A stretch of 15,600 bases of DNA from Nostoc sp. DedSLP01 (GTDB lineage: Bacteria > Cyanobacteriota > Cyanobacteriia > Cyanobacteriales > Nostocaceae), in the NCBI GenBank assembly GCA_034530875.2, contig JAVRCJ020000075.1:1-15600 (forward strand), read 5' to 3'. The position numbers were made by a program, and so were the translations under genes. Below the pieces are notes generated by a model. The model ran no database searches. It was not told the DNA's origin and worked only from the letters and a program-made list of their open reading frames with translations. Positions 8,001 to 15,162 of the stretch are shown here, piece after piece. The number at the start of each line of letters is the position of its first letter. Within the stretch, counting starts at the first letter, position 1.

Positions 8001-9883
8001 GCGGCTTGCATTTCCATCGCTTTCCGCAATTCTGCTGCATTCATCGGGCCGATTAATTTTTGCCTAGCTTCCATCAAATCTTTCAGATTGGGGTAGATAG
8101 CACACTCACCCCAAAAATCTGCCCGCATGGTAATTACAATTTTTTGGTGTGGAATCAGGCTTAACAATTTTTCGATGAAAGTTACCCTTTCTGCTTCATC
8201 AGCGCACAGAGTAAATAATTCCTCAAATTGGTCGATTACTAATATTGAAGATTGCCCTTGCACCTGGGAAAGACTAGTTTGCAGTTTTTCTATGGGGTGA
8301 GAGCTTGGCGTCATGTATGCTAACTGCAAATCGGCTTGTTTTTCCTGTAGCAGAGGTAGTAAACCCCCCAACACTACCGATGATTTACCACTACCAGAAG
8401 CGCCTAAGACGGCTAAAAAGTTGTGTTCGGTCAGCTTTTGTTGCAGTTGGGCAATTAGTTGTTCTCGCCCAAAGAAAAATTCGCGGTTTTCCACCCGGAA
8501 TGGATACAAGCCACGGAAGGGACATCGAGAATCATACGCGGGTGGAAGGCGATCGAATGCCAAAGCATGGAAGTTGAGGTCGAATATTTCCTCACAGAGA
8601 TTGTTAATCTCTTCTAAAGCCTGTTCTCGTTCTTTGAGGCTTGATTTGCTCAAAGCTGTAACATCTGCCTCTAGTGTGTTTCCTAGTTGCTGTGCTATCT
8701 GTGCGAACTTCTTTTCTAGAATAGGCGATCGCTCTGGCAGCAACTCTAAAATCCGCGTCAAACCATGTTGAATTTCAGCGTTGGTCAATTCTCGGTCAAG
8801 CTGGTCGCTAAATAAGGGTCGTCCCCCCAAACGGCTAAAAAGTGCTGGTACAGTCACATCACCACGTTCTGCTAAAGCGGCTGTAGCCTCATGTAAAGCT
8901 GAATCCACCTCTCCCGACTGTCTGAGTTGTTGGTAAAATTTCTCTGCTAGTGCCTGAGCCGTTTTAATAGTCACTTTTTCGGTCATCGCTATCACCGCAG
9001 GCATACCCAAATCCCGCACCAATCGCTGTCCTAATCCCCCTAATCCGGCTTCGGCGTCTGGGCTGGCGCTTTCACAAGTGCAGAGAAAAGTAAAGTGCGG
9101 TAAACCTCTAGCTCCCCGTAACACGCGCACTCTTTCCAGTAACCTTGTTGCTGTCACTACCTCCACTGTGTTATCAGCTTTTGACCAGTAGAGCAGGGTT
9201 TCCCCATCATCCCTGACCCTACCGTGGCTAACAAAATGTAGTATTGTATACTGTTTTGTTCTATCGGTTAGCTGAGTGCAAAGTTCGTCAAGAGTAGGTA
9301 AACCGATAGCACCATCAACTGTTGCCAGGACATCACAAGGGATATCTCCCAACGCCGATCGCACACTTTTAACAGTAGTTTCTACGTCAAAATTGTCTAA
9401 TTTATACCTTTGTGAATCTGAAGGACTCGCCACCAGCACCAGCGCCCGTAAATCTCGCCGCCCTATGGCAGGAAAAAGTCGGTCAGTAATGGCAGGTATA
9501 TAAAAGGAAAAAGGCACCCGTTGATTGATGGCTAACATCTGCCAATCTCCATCAATGGGAGCGCATAACCTTTCCCAGCGTAAAGTTCTGAGTTCTTTGT
9601 CTGCGGCTTCTATAAATAGCAACACCCGCAGGGTTTCTTGAGTATGACTGAGTGCCCTGACAAATCCATCACGCACGTCGTCGCGTAACAGCGCTTTCCC
9701 CAAAAACGTACCGTAATCCCGTACTTGTCCTGAAATACCGATCAAATGCTGCAAATCTTCATCGGTTAGCCGGAAATTACCTTCCGATCGCAACGGCAAA
9801 AGGACACCTGCTTGGCTGTGTTCCACTACAATTGGCCAGCTATTTCCTGATTTGCGTTGGATGGTAATCTCGAAGGTGTTCAT
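5009..9883 (-). CDS. CHAT protease - nSTAND1 NTPase - TM helix - 15x WD40 NLR-like receptor (paralog A), 1624 aa
   Basis: ATG at 9883, TAA at 5009-5011. Same motifs as the neighbouring paralog at a constant offset of 4947 nt (SHG, LCTCES, GASGSGKSS, DQFEELFT). TM segment TAWGVAGGAVVAVIISAAFGLVAL at about 7190-7260. 15 highly similar WD40 repeats. C-terminal ACDW...LCDGI tail. Confidence 0.93.
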   Translation of the reverse strand: MNTFEITIQRKSGNSWPIVVEHSQAGVLLPLRSEGNFRLTDEDLQHLIGISGQVRDYGTFLGKALLRDDVRDGFVRALSHTQETLRVLLFIEAADKELRTLRWERLCAPIDGDWQMLAINQRVPFSFYIPAITDRLFPAIGRRDLRALVLVASPSDSQRYKLDNFDVETTVKSVRSALGDIPCDVLATVDGAIGLPTLDELCTQLTDRTKQYTILHFVSHGRVRDDGETLLYWSKADNTVEVVTATRLLERVRVLRGARGLPHFTFLCTCESASPDAEAGLGGLGQRLVRDLGMPAVIAMTEKVTIKTAQALAEKFYQQLRQSGEVDSALHEATAALAERGDVTVPALFSRLGGRPLFSDQLDRELTNAEIQHGLTRILELLPERSPILEKKFAQIAQQLGNTLEADVTALSKSSLKEREQALEEINNLCEEIFDLNFHALAFDRLPPAYDSRCPFRGLYPFRVENREFFFGREQLIAQLQQKLTEHNFLAVLGASGSGKSSVVLGGLLPLLQEKQADLQLAYMTPSSHPIEKLQTSLSQVQGQSSILVIDQFEELFTLCADEAERVTFIEKLLSLIPHQKIVITMRADFWGECAIYPNLKDLMEARQKLIGPMNAAELRKAMEMQAAQVGLRFEPGLSNSILDDVQGEPGAMPLLQHALLEMWKRRHGRWLRAGEYEAIGGVNMAIAQTADDVYNTLSAPEQDQVKNIFIRLTRLDDTALQGEKRRDTRRRVWLDELIPAGGNIALIKELVNRLAGEGARLVVTNVDESTNREEVEVAHEALIRYWPRLLNWLDENRADLQLRETIRQAALEWENQQKDDNYLVHRGGRLDDAQVLAKQAGFLNQLEANYVNACWELRLRQEQEKEAHRRREIRTAWGVAGGAVVAVIISAAFGLVALHQKGEAEKQKQEAEITKAEAISQSSSVLFDSHQELDALIEGIKAGKILKEQKVTQSLSRPLVLAIQALRKSVYGVKERNILADDNGFNSVVFSPNGKTIASANDDKTVKLWDLNGKLLQTFTGHESGVNSVVFSPNGKTIASASDDKIVKLWDLNGKLLQTFTGHESGVYSVVFSPDGKTIASASYDQTVKLWDLNSNLLHTFTGNESGVDSVVFSPNGKTIASASADKTVKIWDLNGKLLQTLTGHELFITSVVFSPDCKTIASASADKTVKLWDLNGKLLQTFTGHNDRVDSVVFSPNGKTIVSASADKTLKIWDLNGKLLQTLTGNELLTTSVVFSPDGKTIASASADKTVKIWDLNGKLLQTFKGNNNMVNSVVFSPDGKTIVFASSDKTLKIWDLNNKQLQTFKGHNDIVTKVVFSPDGQTIASASSDETLKLWDLKGKLLQTFNDKQSAVSMVFSTDGQTIATTNRDKTVKLWNLKGKLLQTFTGHESGFNSFFFSPDGKTIATTSDDKTVKLWDLKGKLLQTFNGHKQRVTSVAFSPDGQTIASASDDKTLKLWDLNGKLLQTFTGHESGVISLVFSPDGKTIASASDDKTLKLWNLKGKLLQTFNGHKQGVTSVVFSPDGKTIASASIDNTVKLWDLSGKLLYTLKHQSYILSLVFSPDGKTIAFASNNVGEYTVNLWDLNLDSLMVRACDWVRDYLKNNRDVEESDRGLCDGIVTN
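5120..6950 (-). repeat. Intragenic tandem array of about 123-bp (41-aa) WD40 units, 15 copies
   Basis: The marker aaat(c/t)cca (WD/WN codons) recurs at 5124, 5253, 5376, 5499, 5622, 5745, 5865, 5988, 6111, 6234, 6357, 6480, 6603, 6726 and 6849. The period is 123 nt except one 120-nt unit and a 129-nt terminal unit. Confidence 0.95.
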
Positions 9884-9884
9884 G

Positions 9885-10025
9885 ATTGGGGAGTGGGGAG
9901 TGGAGAAGTGTGGGAGGTGTGGGAGGAGAGGGAGGAGAGGGAGGTGTGGGAGGAAGAAGTATAAATTCTCTTTCTCCTCACACTTCCCACACTACCTGCT
10001 TGCCCAATGCCCCCTGCCCTATGCT
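9885..10025. repeat. STRR-type composite intergenic repeat: heptamers plus a 9-mer array with an imperfect inverted copy
   Basis: ATTGGGG/AGTGGGG/AGTGGAG heptamers, then GGGAGG(TGT/AGA) 9-mers with GGG at 9912, 9921, 9930, 9939 and 9948. An imperfect reverse complement TCTCCTCACACTTCCCACACT lies at 9973-9993, followed by TGCCCAA/TGCCCCC/TGCCCTA/TGCTCTA heptamers. Such repeats are typical of heterocystous cyanobacteria. Confidence 0.8.
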
Positions 10026-11723
10026 CTAGCTCAGTTTCTTCAAGGTTTCTAGGAGACTAACTGTGGCTGAAAGTGCTGCTTGCAGCTTTTGGGTACGGTC
10101 AGTTGAAGCTTGGTCAACTGTTTTGGCAAATTGTTCTAGTGCTTGGTTGAGGTTTGTCTGGGCTTGTTGGATTGCAGATGTGTTAGATGGTTGTGGTGTT
10201 GTGGGTGCAGTGGGTAAATTTATTGATGCGATAACAGCGCGATCGCCTGTGGAATTATCGCTCACAACTAGGCGAACTGCGGGATCGCCAATAATGGCAT
10301 AACTGCGGGCGTCGTTGTTTGCTGTCCACATATCAGACAAATTCATCGGATCGGCGATCGCGCCATATTTAACTTCTTCTAATTCGGTACTCAAATCAGA
10401 TGAAAGTTCGGCGTAACGCTCGTTGAAATATTCAACAGCTGACCCCACAGGATGACCTTCTAACAGTCTCTTGAGAGTACTTTGAAAAACTGCCAATTGT
10501 TTGGTAGATTTTTTGCTATTGGTTCCCCACATAAAAGAGCAACCCCAAGCCCGTTCTACGTGGCCGATGACAGCTAAAGCACCACCATTGGGATGACTCA
10601 ATAGACGGCGGGGTAGAGGAGCAACAAAGGCATTAGGAGCGATTTGTAATCTTTCATTGGAGCCTTTTCTATGAGCAAACTCATCAAATCGAGGCGTACC
10701 GGCACCATAACAAGCAAAGTGAAAGGCAATTAGCCCTAGTAACCGAGCATCATCGCCAACATCGTCCGCAGAGAAGTAAAAATCTTCGGGAATTGGTTTA
10801 TTACCCCACTCTCTGTGACCAGGCCAGTCCTGACAGAGTAAAGCACCTTGATGGCGTAGTTGTCGTTCATCTCCATTGGGAAAGCCCATACCATGACTGG
10901 CAGTGAACAGCAAAGCAGGTGTTTCTTCACCACCTAATAGTTTCGCTAACTGCGCCTTTGTAGCTTCTTCTGCAAGTAAGGTTCGTACTGCCCAACTATT
11001 ATCTTTTTGGTCGTCAAGCATCCACTCAGCTAAGGGCTGAATCAAGTTCTCAGCACTGAGTTCAGTGGCTTTATCACCCTTGGTATTCACACCAAAAAAG
11101 CTAGCTTTACGAGCCAGGTTTAAATTGGTAGTTTCAGCCTGTACGACGCTGCGAGCATACTGAGCATATTCTTGGGGCGTATCAAAGTAGATCCGACCTA
11201 CAGCATACTGAACATCAAGTTGGTACTGGAAGCGATAAGGAATCGTTTCTGGATCGCCAACAATCAATAGATAATAAGGCATTTTATCTGGGTCAGCAGG
11301 CCCAGGGCCAACTCCATGACGCGACAAAAATTGATTCTTTGATTCCCCTGGACGATAGATATATTCCTTATAATAATTTTCGTTATTTTTCGTAGCTTGT
11401 TTTTGTCGATGCTCTAACAGTTCCTTGAGTGCTTCCTTGATTACTTCCTTGATTGCTGGGTTGTCATTATAAGCAAAGATAACTCCCCAACCTGTCTCTG
11501 CAAGGTTTTTAGGATCTACTCCTTCTATGGGCGCAAAGTCGGGTTCTAAACCTTTAACATGCAAATCCTTTCTCTTGAGTTCGCTGATTTCTATAGGATC
11601 GAACTCTTCGCCCTGAGCAATTTTAGAAACCTGTTCGGGTGTCAACGGAGGCAACAAATACTCTCCTGATGCACCATCAATTCCATTGAAATATAGCTCT
11701 TGTGTCAGTTGTTCTATACTCAT
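10026..11723 (-). CDS. Clan CD (caspase-fold) cysteine protease, peptidase C25/gingipain-like, with N-terminal extension and C-terminal helical tail, about 565 aa
   Basis: C25-like motifs [26 protein letters not shown] (H277), FHFACYGAG (C338), GGALAVIGH and terminal [12 protein letters not shown] at 11723 is preferred over the ORF-track TTG at 11732 because an AGAAGGA Shine-Dalgarno-like sequence lies about 10 nt upstream of it. No signal peptide is evident. Confidence 0.8.
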   Translation of the reverse strand: MSIEQLTQELYFNGIDGASGEYLLPPLTPEQVSKIAQGEEFDPIEISELKRKDLHVKGLEPDFAPIEGVDPKNLAETGWGVIFAYNDNPAIKEVIKEALKELLEHRQKQATKNNENYYKEYIYRPGESKNQFLSRHGVGPGPADPDKMPYYLLIVGDPETIPYRFQYQLDVQYAVGRIYFDTPQEYAQYARSVVQAETTNLNLARKASFFGVNTKGDKATELSAENLIQPLAEWMLDDQKDNSWAVRTLLAEEATKAQLAKLLGGEETPALLFTASHGMGFPNGDERQLRHQGALLCQDWPGHREWGNKPIPEDFYFSADDVGDDARLLGLIAFHFACYGAGTPRFDEFAHRKGSNERLQIAPNAFVAPLPRRLLSHPNGGALAVIGHVERAWGCSFMWGTNSKKSTKQLAVFQSTLKRLLEGHPVGSAVEYFNERYAELSSDLSTELEEVKYGAIADPMNLSDMWTANNDARSYAIIGDPAVRLVVSDNSTGDRAVIASINLPTAPTTPQPSNTSAIQQAQTNLNQALEQFAKTVDQASTDRTQKLQAALSATVSLLETLKKLS

Positions 11724-11765
11724 CTTACGCAATCCTTCTATTTCTAATTTGATGAAAATGTTTAA

Positions 11766-13160
11766 TTAATTACCAAACGCTGCCGACCATACAGCATGAG
11801 CTACTTCAGGATTGTCAAAGGCATTGTGAGCGCCTATGAATTGATCCAATAAGCTAGGAGGAACCACAATATAATCATTGCTGTTCAGGTTGTAAATTTT
11901 ACCTGATTCAAAGTTGTAAGATTTGTCCGAGGAGTGCATATATGTTATGTCGCTGCTAATATTCAAACCATCACCTTGGATTCCATAACAACCAACGCCA
12001 CCGACACCAGGGTAACTTGAGGTATCAATGTCAAAGTTTATATCTTGACCGCCAAGTATTCCCAGCGTTCCCGCCATAGGATAGGCATTCTTGACAGCCT
12101 TATCATACTTAGATTGAGTAGTAACAATTGGCCCTGCAACTTTCTTATCGGTAATAACAGACCGGAAGTAACCGGGAAGATTGTTTCTATGAGGGACATT
12201 TGCACAGAAAGACCAGAGTGATAAAGCGCCTTGGATTAAGACAAGAGAATTAACGGGACGGAGTAATGGTTTATTTTTACCTGCTACGGTGGCGGAGACA
12301 AGAATACATCCAAAGCTGTGTCCCATCAGATGAAATCGCACGCTATTATCTGTTACCTGTTGAAGTCTATTCAACAAATTGAAGCCGCTGGTTTCACCAA
12401 TTTTCTTAGCTAGGTCTTTCATTTTCCAGAAAGATAACAATCTCGGAATATTCAAAAATGCATCAGCAGCCGATTTCACACTTGTCTCAATTCCGAAGCT
12501 GACATCTTCTTCATCTTCTGCAAGAGTAGCTTGATATAGACTTTCAGGATCTAAATTTAATGATTCGTTTTCGCTCCAATCATCTTCTCCTTCATTAGTC
12601 GAAGATGCTTCCTTAATCAAAACCTCGCAGGCTGCACGTACCTCAGTTGGTAATGTCTCGGGTGCAACATCATATTCTGCTGCTGCTGTAAAAATTATTC
12701 TGAGGGCATCTCTGGCAGCTTCAGTATCAGCAATGCTCTGGGAATACTGATTAATTAACTCTTCCTGAGCATCATCTGTAGCCTCAAAAGACACAATTGT
12801 TTTGTTTGGAGTGACTTGACTTAAGTCTTCATTTCCCCAAGGCTTACTAGGCCAATGCAGACCAATTAACAACGGGTTAAATCCTGGGCGCAACTGTTGC
12901 ATTTTTTCAATATCAGCTCGGTTTTTACCCATAGCTTTAATCCATCTGTCATACTGATCTTTTGCCGCAGTAACGTCACCTTGCCATCCGTGGCTCATCA
13001 AGAAAACATCTGTGATTGGCTTTTTGGATTGCCTAGATTTAGATAAAGTATCTATTATTTTTTCGCTGATTAGTTCTCCATTATTTGTACGCTCTTTGCC
13101 ATTAGCATCAAAAGCTATTAAATAGTAGGCTAAAGAAGTTAGGGCTAATGTTTCTGACAT
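11766..13160 (-). CDS. Alpha/beta-hydrolase fold serine hydrolase (lipase/esterase-like) with large acidic insertion, about 464 aa
   Basis: Oxyanion motif FLMSHGWQG, LHWPS, nucleophile elbow HLMGHSFG (S282), candidate Asp in SKYDKAV (D353) and candidate His in GAHN (H445). ATG at 13160 is preceded by TAGAAGGATTTTTT (SD-like), so the ORF-track start at 13226 is probably 22 codons too long. Confidence 0.85.
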   Translation of the reverse strand: MSETLALTSLAYYLIAFDANGKERTNNGELISEKIIDTLSKSRQSKKPITDVFLMSHGWQGDVTAAKDQYDRWIKAMGKNRADIEKMQQLRPGFNPLLIGLHWPSKPWGNEDLSQVTPNKTIVSFEATDDAQEELINQYSQSIADTEAARDALRIIFTAAAEYDVAPETLPTEVRAACEVLIKEASSTNEGEDDWSENESLNLDPESLYQATLAEDEEDVSFGIETSVKSAADAFLNIPRLLSFWKMKDLAKKIGETSGFNLLNRLQQVTDNSVRFHLMGHSFGCILVSATVAGKNKPLLRPVNSLVLIQGALSLWSFCANVPHRNNLPGYFRSVITDKKVAGPIVTTQSKYDKAVKNAYPMAGTLGILGGQDINFDIDTSSYPGVGGVGCYGIQGDGLNISSDITYMHSSDKSYNFESGKIYNLNSNDYIVVPPSLLDQFIGAHNAFDNPEVAHAVWSAAFGN

Positions 13161-13236
13161 AAAAAATCCTTCTAAATCAGGTTGAGATTGATTCAAAGAA
13201 CGAGGAAAACTGCTGTAATTACACAAAAATGTTGGC

Positions 13237-13254
13237 TGCTGTTATTTAACAGCA
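13237..13254. promoter_or_regulatory. Perfect 8-2-8 inverted repeat TGCTGTTA-TT-TAACAGCA, candidate operator upstream of the four-gene operon
   Basis: Seen directly, 77 nt upstream of the hydrolase ATG. A related TGCTGTAATTACA lies at 13211-13223. The regulator is unknown. Confidence 0.35.
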
Positions 13255-13429
13255 CCCGTATTTTTTGCCTAAAGTTACTTTGGCAAGTATTTCGTCAACA
13301 AATCTTTTTGGATATACAGTAAGGTGACGAACTTCTAGTGTTTTTGCAACTCTTGACACTTTGGATAGGTCTACAGTTCGATCGCCATTAGTCTGTTCTG
13401 GCGTAATTTTACACAGTAATTATGTAAGA

Positions 13430-13527
13430 TATAGCAGGAGGCAGAAGGCAGGAGGCAGGAGGGAAAGTCTTACTATTCCCAGCATTCAAGCTTTGAAAAT
13501 GTCCTAACATATCTGGCTACAGCTATA
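13430..13527. repeat. Small MITE-like/dispersed repeat with TATAGC...GCTATA ends and an internal GCAG(G/A)AG x4 heptamer array
   Basis: TATAGC at 13430-13435 and GCTATA at 13522-13527. Heptamers GCAGGAG-GCAGAAG-GCAGGAG-GCAGGAG at 13434-13461. The right end TGTCCTAAC...TGGC...GCTATA resembles Nostocales dispersed repeats (from recall, not searched). Confidence 0.5.
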
Positions 13528-13916
13528 GTTAACGCCAAAAACCGCTAAAAACTCTGGCTGCGTGACCGGTCATATCAAGTCCAGTGAAAGACTTATCATC
13601 AGGGCTGATGCAGTGGACGCTCTAGCGCACAAAAATTTTAATAATAAGTGACGAGCTGGTTTTGAGATCGAGAGTTTTTATCTTTATACTACCTAGAAGT
13701 TTTCGTATTACTGGTTACAGAATAACTTTATGCCTTGCAAGCTACCTGAGTAATAATACTGAGTTTAAACGGAATTTTACTTAAAAATATATTAAAAAAA
13801 ATAATTTTATATCAGTACTGTAGCGCAGAAAAAATTAAAGTTTGAGTAGCATCTATAACGGTGAGATATCAAAATATGGTGTTGCATCTATGGCTGAAAA
13901 TAACCATCAATAGACA

Positions 13917-13943
13917 TAGAGACGTAGCAATGCTACGTCTCTA
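13917..13943. repeat. GTAG-family REP-like palindrome, possible mRNA 3' stabiliser or terminator of the chelatase gene
   Basis: TAGAGACGTAGCA-A-TGCTACGTCTCTA(C) has perfect 13-bp arms and lies 25 nt downstream of the chelatase stop codon. Confidence 0.75.
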
Positions 13944-13968
13944 CAAAGGTTTTGGGTAACGCTAAAAC

Positions 13969-15090
13969 TTAATGGTGATGATGGTGGTGATGGTGATGGT
14001 CGGCTAGTTGGGGATTAACTGCCACAGCTTGCTCTGACAATAATTGTGCAATATGAGCATCAGCCCATTGAGCTGCGATCGCTAAAAATTCTGGATGGTC
14101 GTTAACGCAAGCCATTTGTACGTAGTTTGTACCGGGATGCCGTTTTTCCAAAGCATGGATGATATGGTGTACATCCAACAGAGTTTCGTGGTTTTCGGTA
14201 ACAAAGCCTATCGGCATAAATACCACTACCTTTGCACCCAGCTGAACCAAATTGCTTGCTGCTTGCTGTGCATTTGGCTGCGTCCATTCAATCAAAGGCG
14301 TATCGTGATTGAGCCAACCCACGGAGATTAAAGGATAGCGGTTAATCAGCTTATCCCGTACTAAATCGTATAGCGCCTGACTTTCGGTAATTCCAGAAGT
14401 AAACCCTTTGGCTTTGTGGGGACAGCCGTGATTCATCAGCACAATACCGATTTGAGAAGGTAGGTAAGCTGCTGCTAAATCAGCATTAATTTTCTCCTCA
14501 ACTAAATGAGCCATCAAATCAATGTAGGCTGGTTCGTTAAAGAAAGAAGGAATATAGCGCTGTCCTTTCACCCAGTGTTCTTCACCATCAGCCAACTCAG
14601 CAAGAGCATTGTTAACTTGCTCGATCGCAATCCCGCTGGTAAAGATAGAATCAACAACTAGCAGTGGATAAATTAGTAACTTATCAAAGCCTTGATTTTT
14701 GATTTCTGCTAAGACTTGTTTGGGTAAAAAAGGCGCGCAGAAGTTGAAAGCTTTAAAAACTTGAACGTTGTTACCCCATTTTTCTTGTAAATGCTTCTCA
14801 ATGCCAGCACGCTGCTGTTCAAAGATGGCATTGTGTGGAGAGATAAAATCGTGGTGTGTGTGTCCCCACTCATGGCGGTCAAATACTGCCAAAACTTTTG
14901 CCAGGGGGGGATACATCCAGGTTGGTACTGGTGCAAACTTTGCAGTAAGTAAATTTAAAGCTTGTTCGTTATAGTTGGCGAAATCTTCGTAGCTTTCGAC
15001 TTCGCCGTAGCCCATCAGCAATACGGCTACACGGTCTTTGGCTGATAATGGCTCGTGGGTAGCGTGGACTTTTTCCGGCGTTGCAACCAC
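13969..15090 (-). CDS. hemH: Ferrochelatase (HemH)-family class II chelatase with C-terminal His9 tail, 373 aa
   Basis: GTG start with GAGGA SD. Motifs AVLLMGYGE (cf. VLLxNxGxP), LLIYPL, LMNHGCP (catalytic His, cf. FSAHGLP), EWTQP (cf. WLxP), PIGFVTENHETLLDV (cf. PISFVSEHIETLxE) and CVNDHPEF (cf. LNxxPxF). It lacks the C-terminal CAB helix of canonical cyanobacterial HemH, so it is probably a second paralog and the gene symbol is family-level only. Confidence 0.8.
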   Translation of the reverse strand: MVATPEKVHATHEPLSAKDRVAVLLMGYGEVESYEDFANYNEQALNLLTAKFAPVPTWMYPPLAKVLAVFDRHEWGHTHHDFISPHNAIFEQQRAGIEKHLQEKWGNNVQVFKAFNFCAPFLPKQVLAEIKNQGFDKLLIYPLLVVDSIFTSGIAIEQVNNALAELADGEEHWVKGQRYIPSFFNEPAYIDLMAHLVEEKINADLAAAYLPSQIGIVLMNHGCPHKAKGFTSGITESQALYDLVRDKLINRYPLISVGWLNHDTPLIEWTQPNAQQAASNLVQLGAKVVVFMPIGFVTENHETLLDVHHIIHALEKRHPGTNYVQMACVNDHPEFLAIAAQWADAHIAQLLSEQAVAVNPQLADHHHHHHHHH

Positions 15091-15162
15091 AATAACTTCC
15101 TCAATATGACCAGAGTGCAGAGAAATATAAAGTTAGAGGATAGCTTTAATATTTCCCCTACT

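Larger units (their letters stand above)
1192..14082. other. HIP1 octamers (GCGATCGC), 8 copies
   Basis: Found by eye at 1192, 2874, 4313, 7821, 8725, 10239, 10354 and 14075. HIP1 is a cyanobacterial genome signature. Confidence 0.85.

Noticed and set aside
2820..8500. Near-identical paralog segments or WD40 units as a DGR template/variable repeat pair
   Set aside because: No reverse transcriptase is in the window, both copies are coding, and mismatches are not adenine-specific.
2836..9503. Paired plus-strand ORFs (2836/7783, 3358/8305, 3366/8313 and others)
   Set aside because: They are antisense to the STAND/CHAT regions and recur only because the host genes are paralogous.
9852..10052. 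66-aa Arg/Gly-rich ORF (GRCGRRGRRGRCGR)
   Set aside because: It is a translation of the 9-mer intergenic repeat and overlaps both flanking genes on the opposite strand.
13161..13226. ORF-track N-terminal extensions of the hydrolase (13226) and of the C25 protease (11732)
   Set aside because: Both use TTG starts, while downstream ATGs at 13160 and 11723 have well-placed AGAAGGA SD-like motifs.
13705..13718. GTA-N8-TAC (NtcA-like site)
   Set aside because: There is no TAN3T -10 element about 22 nt away on either strand, and a 6-bp match is likely by chance in AT-rich DNA.
13972..13998. His9 as an engineered tag or vector contamination
   Set aside because: The genomic context is native, codons are mixed and no vector or linker sequence is present. 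Natural His-rich tails are known in chelatases.
13969..15090. Chelatase as part of the protease/NLR system
   Set aside because: It is separated by about 800 nt containing a REP hairpin and other repeats, and there is no functional link. It is probably just a neighbour.
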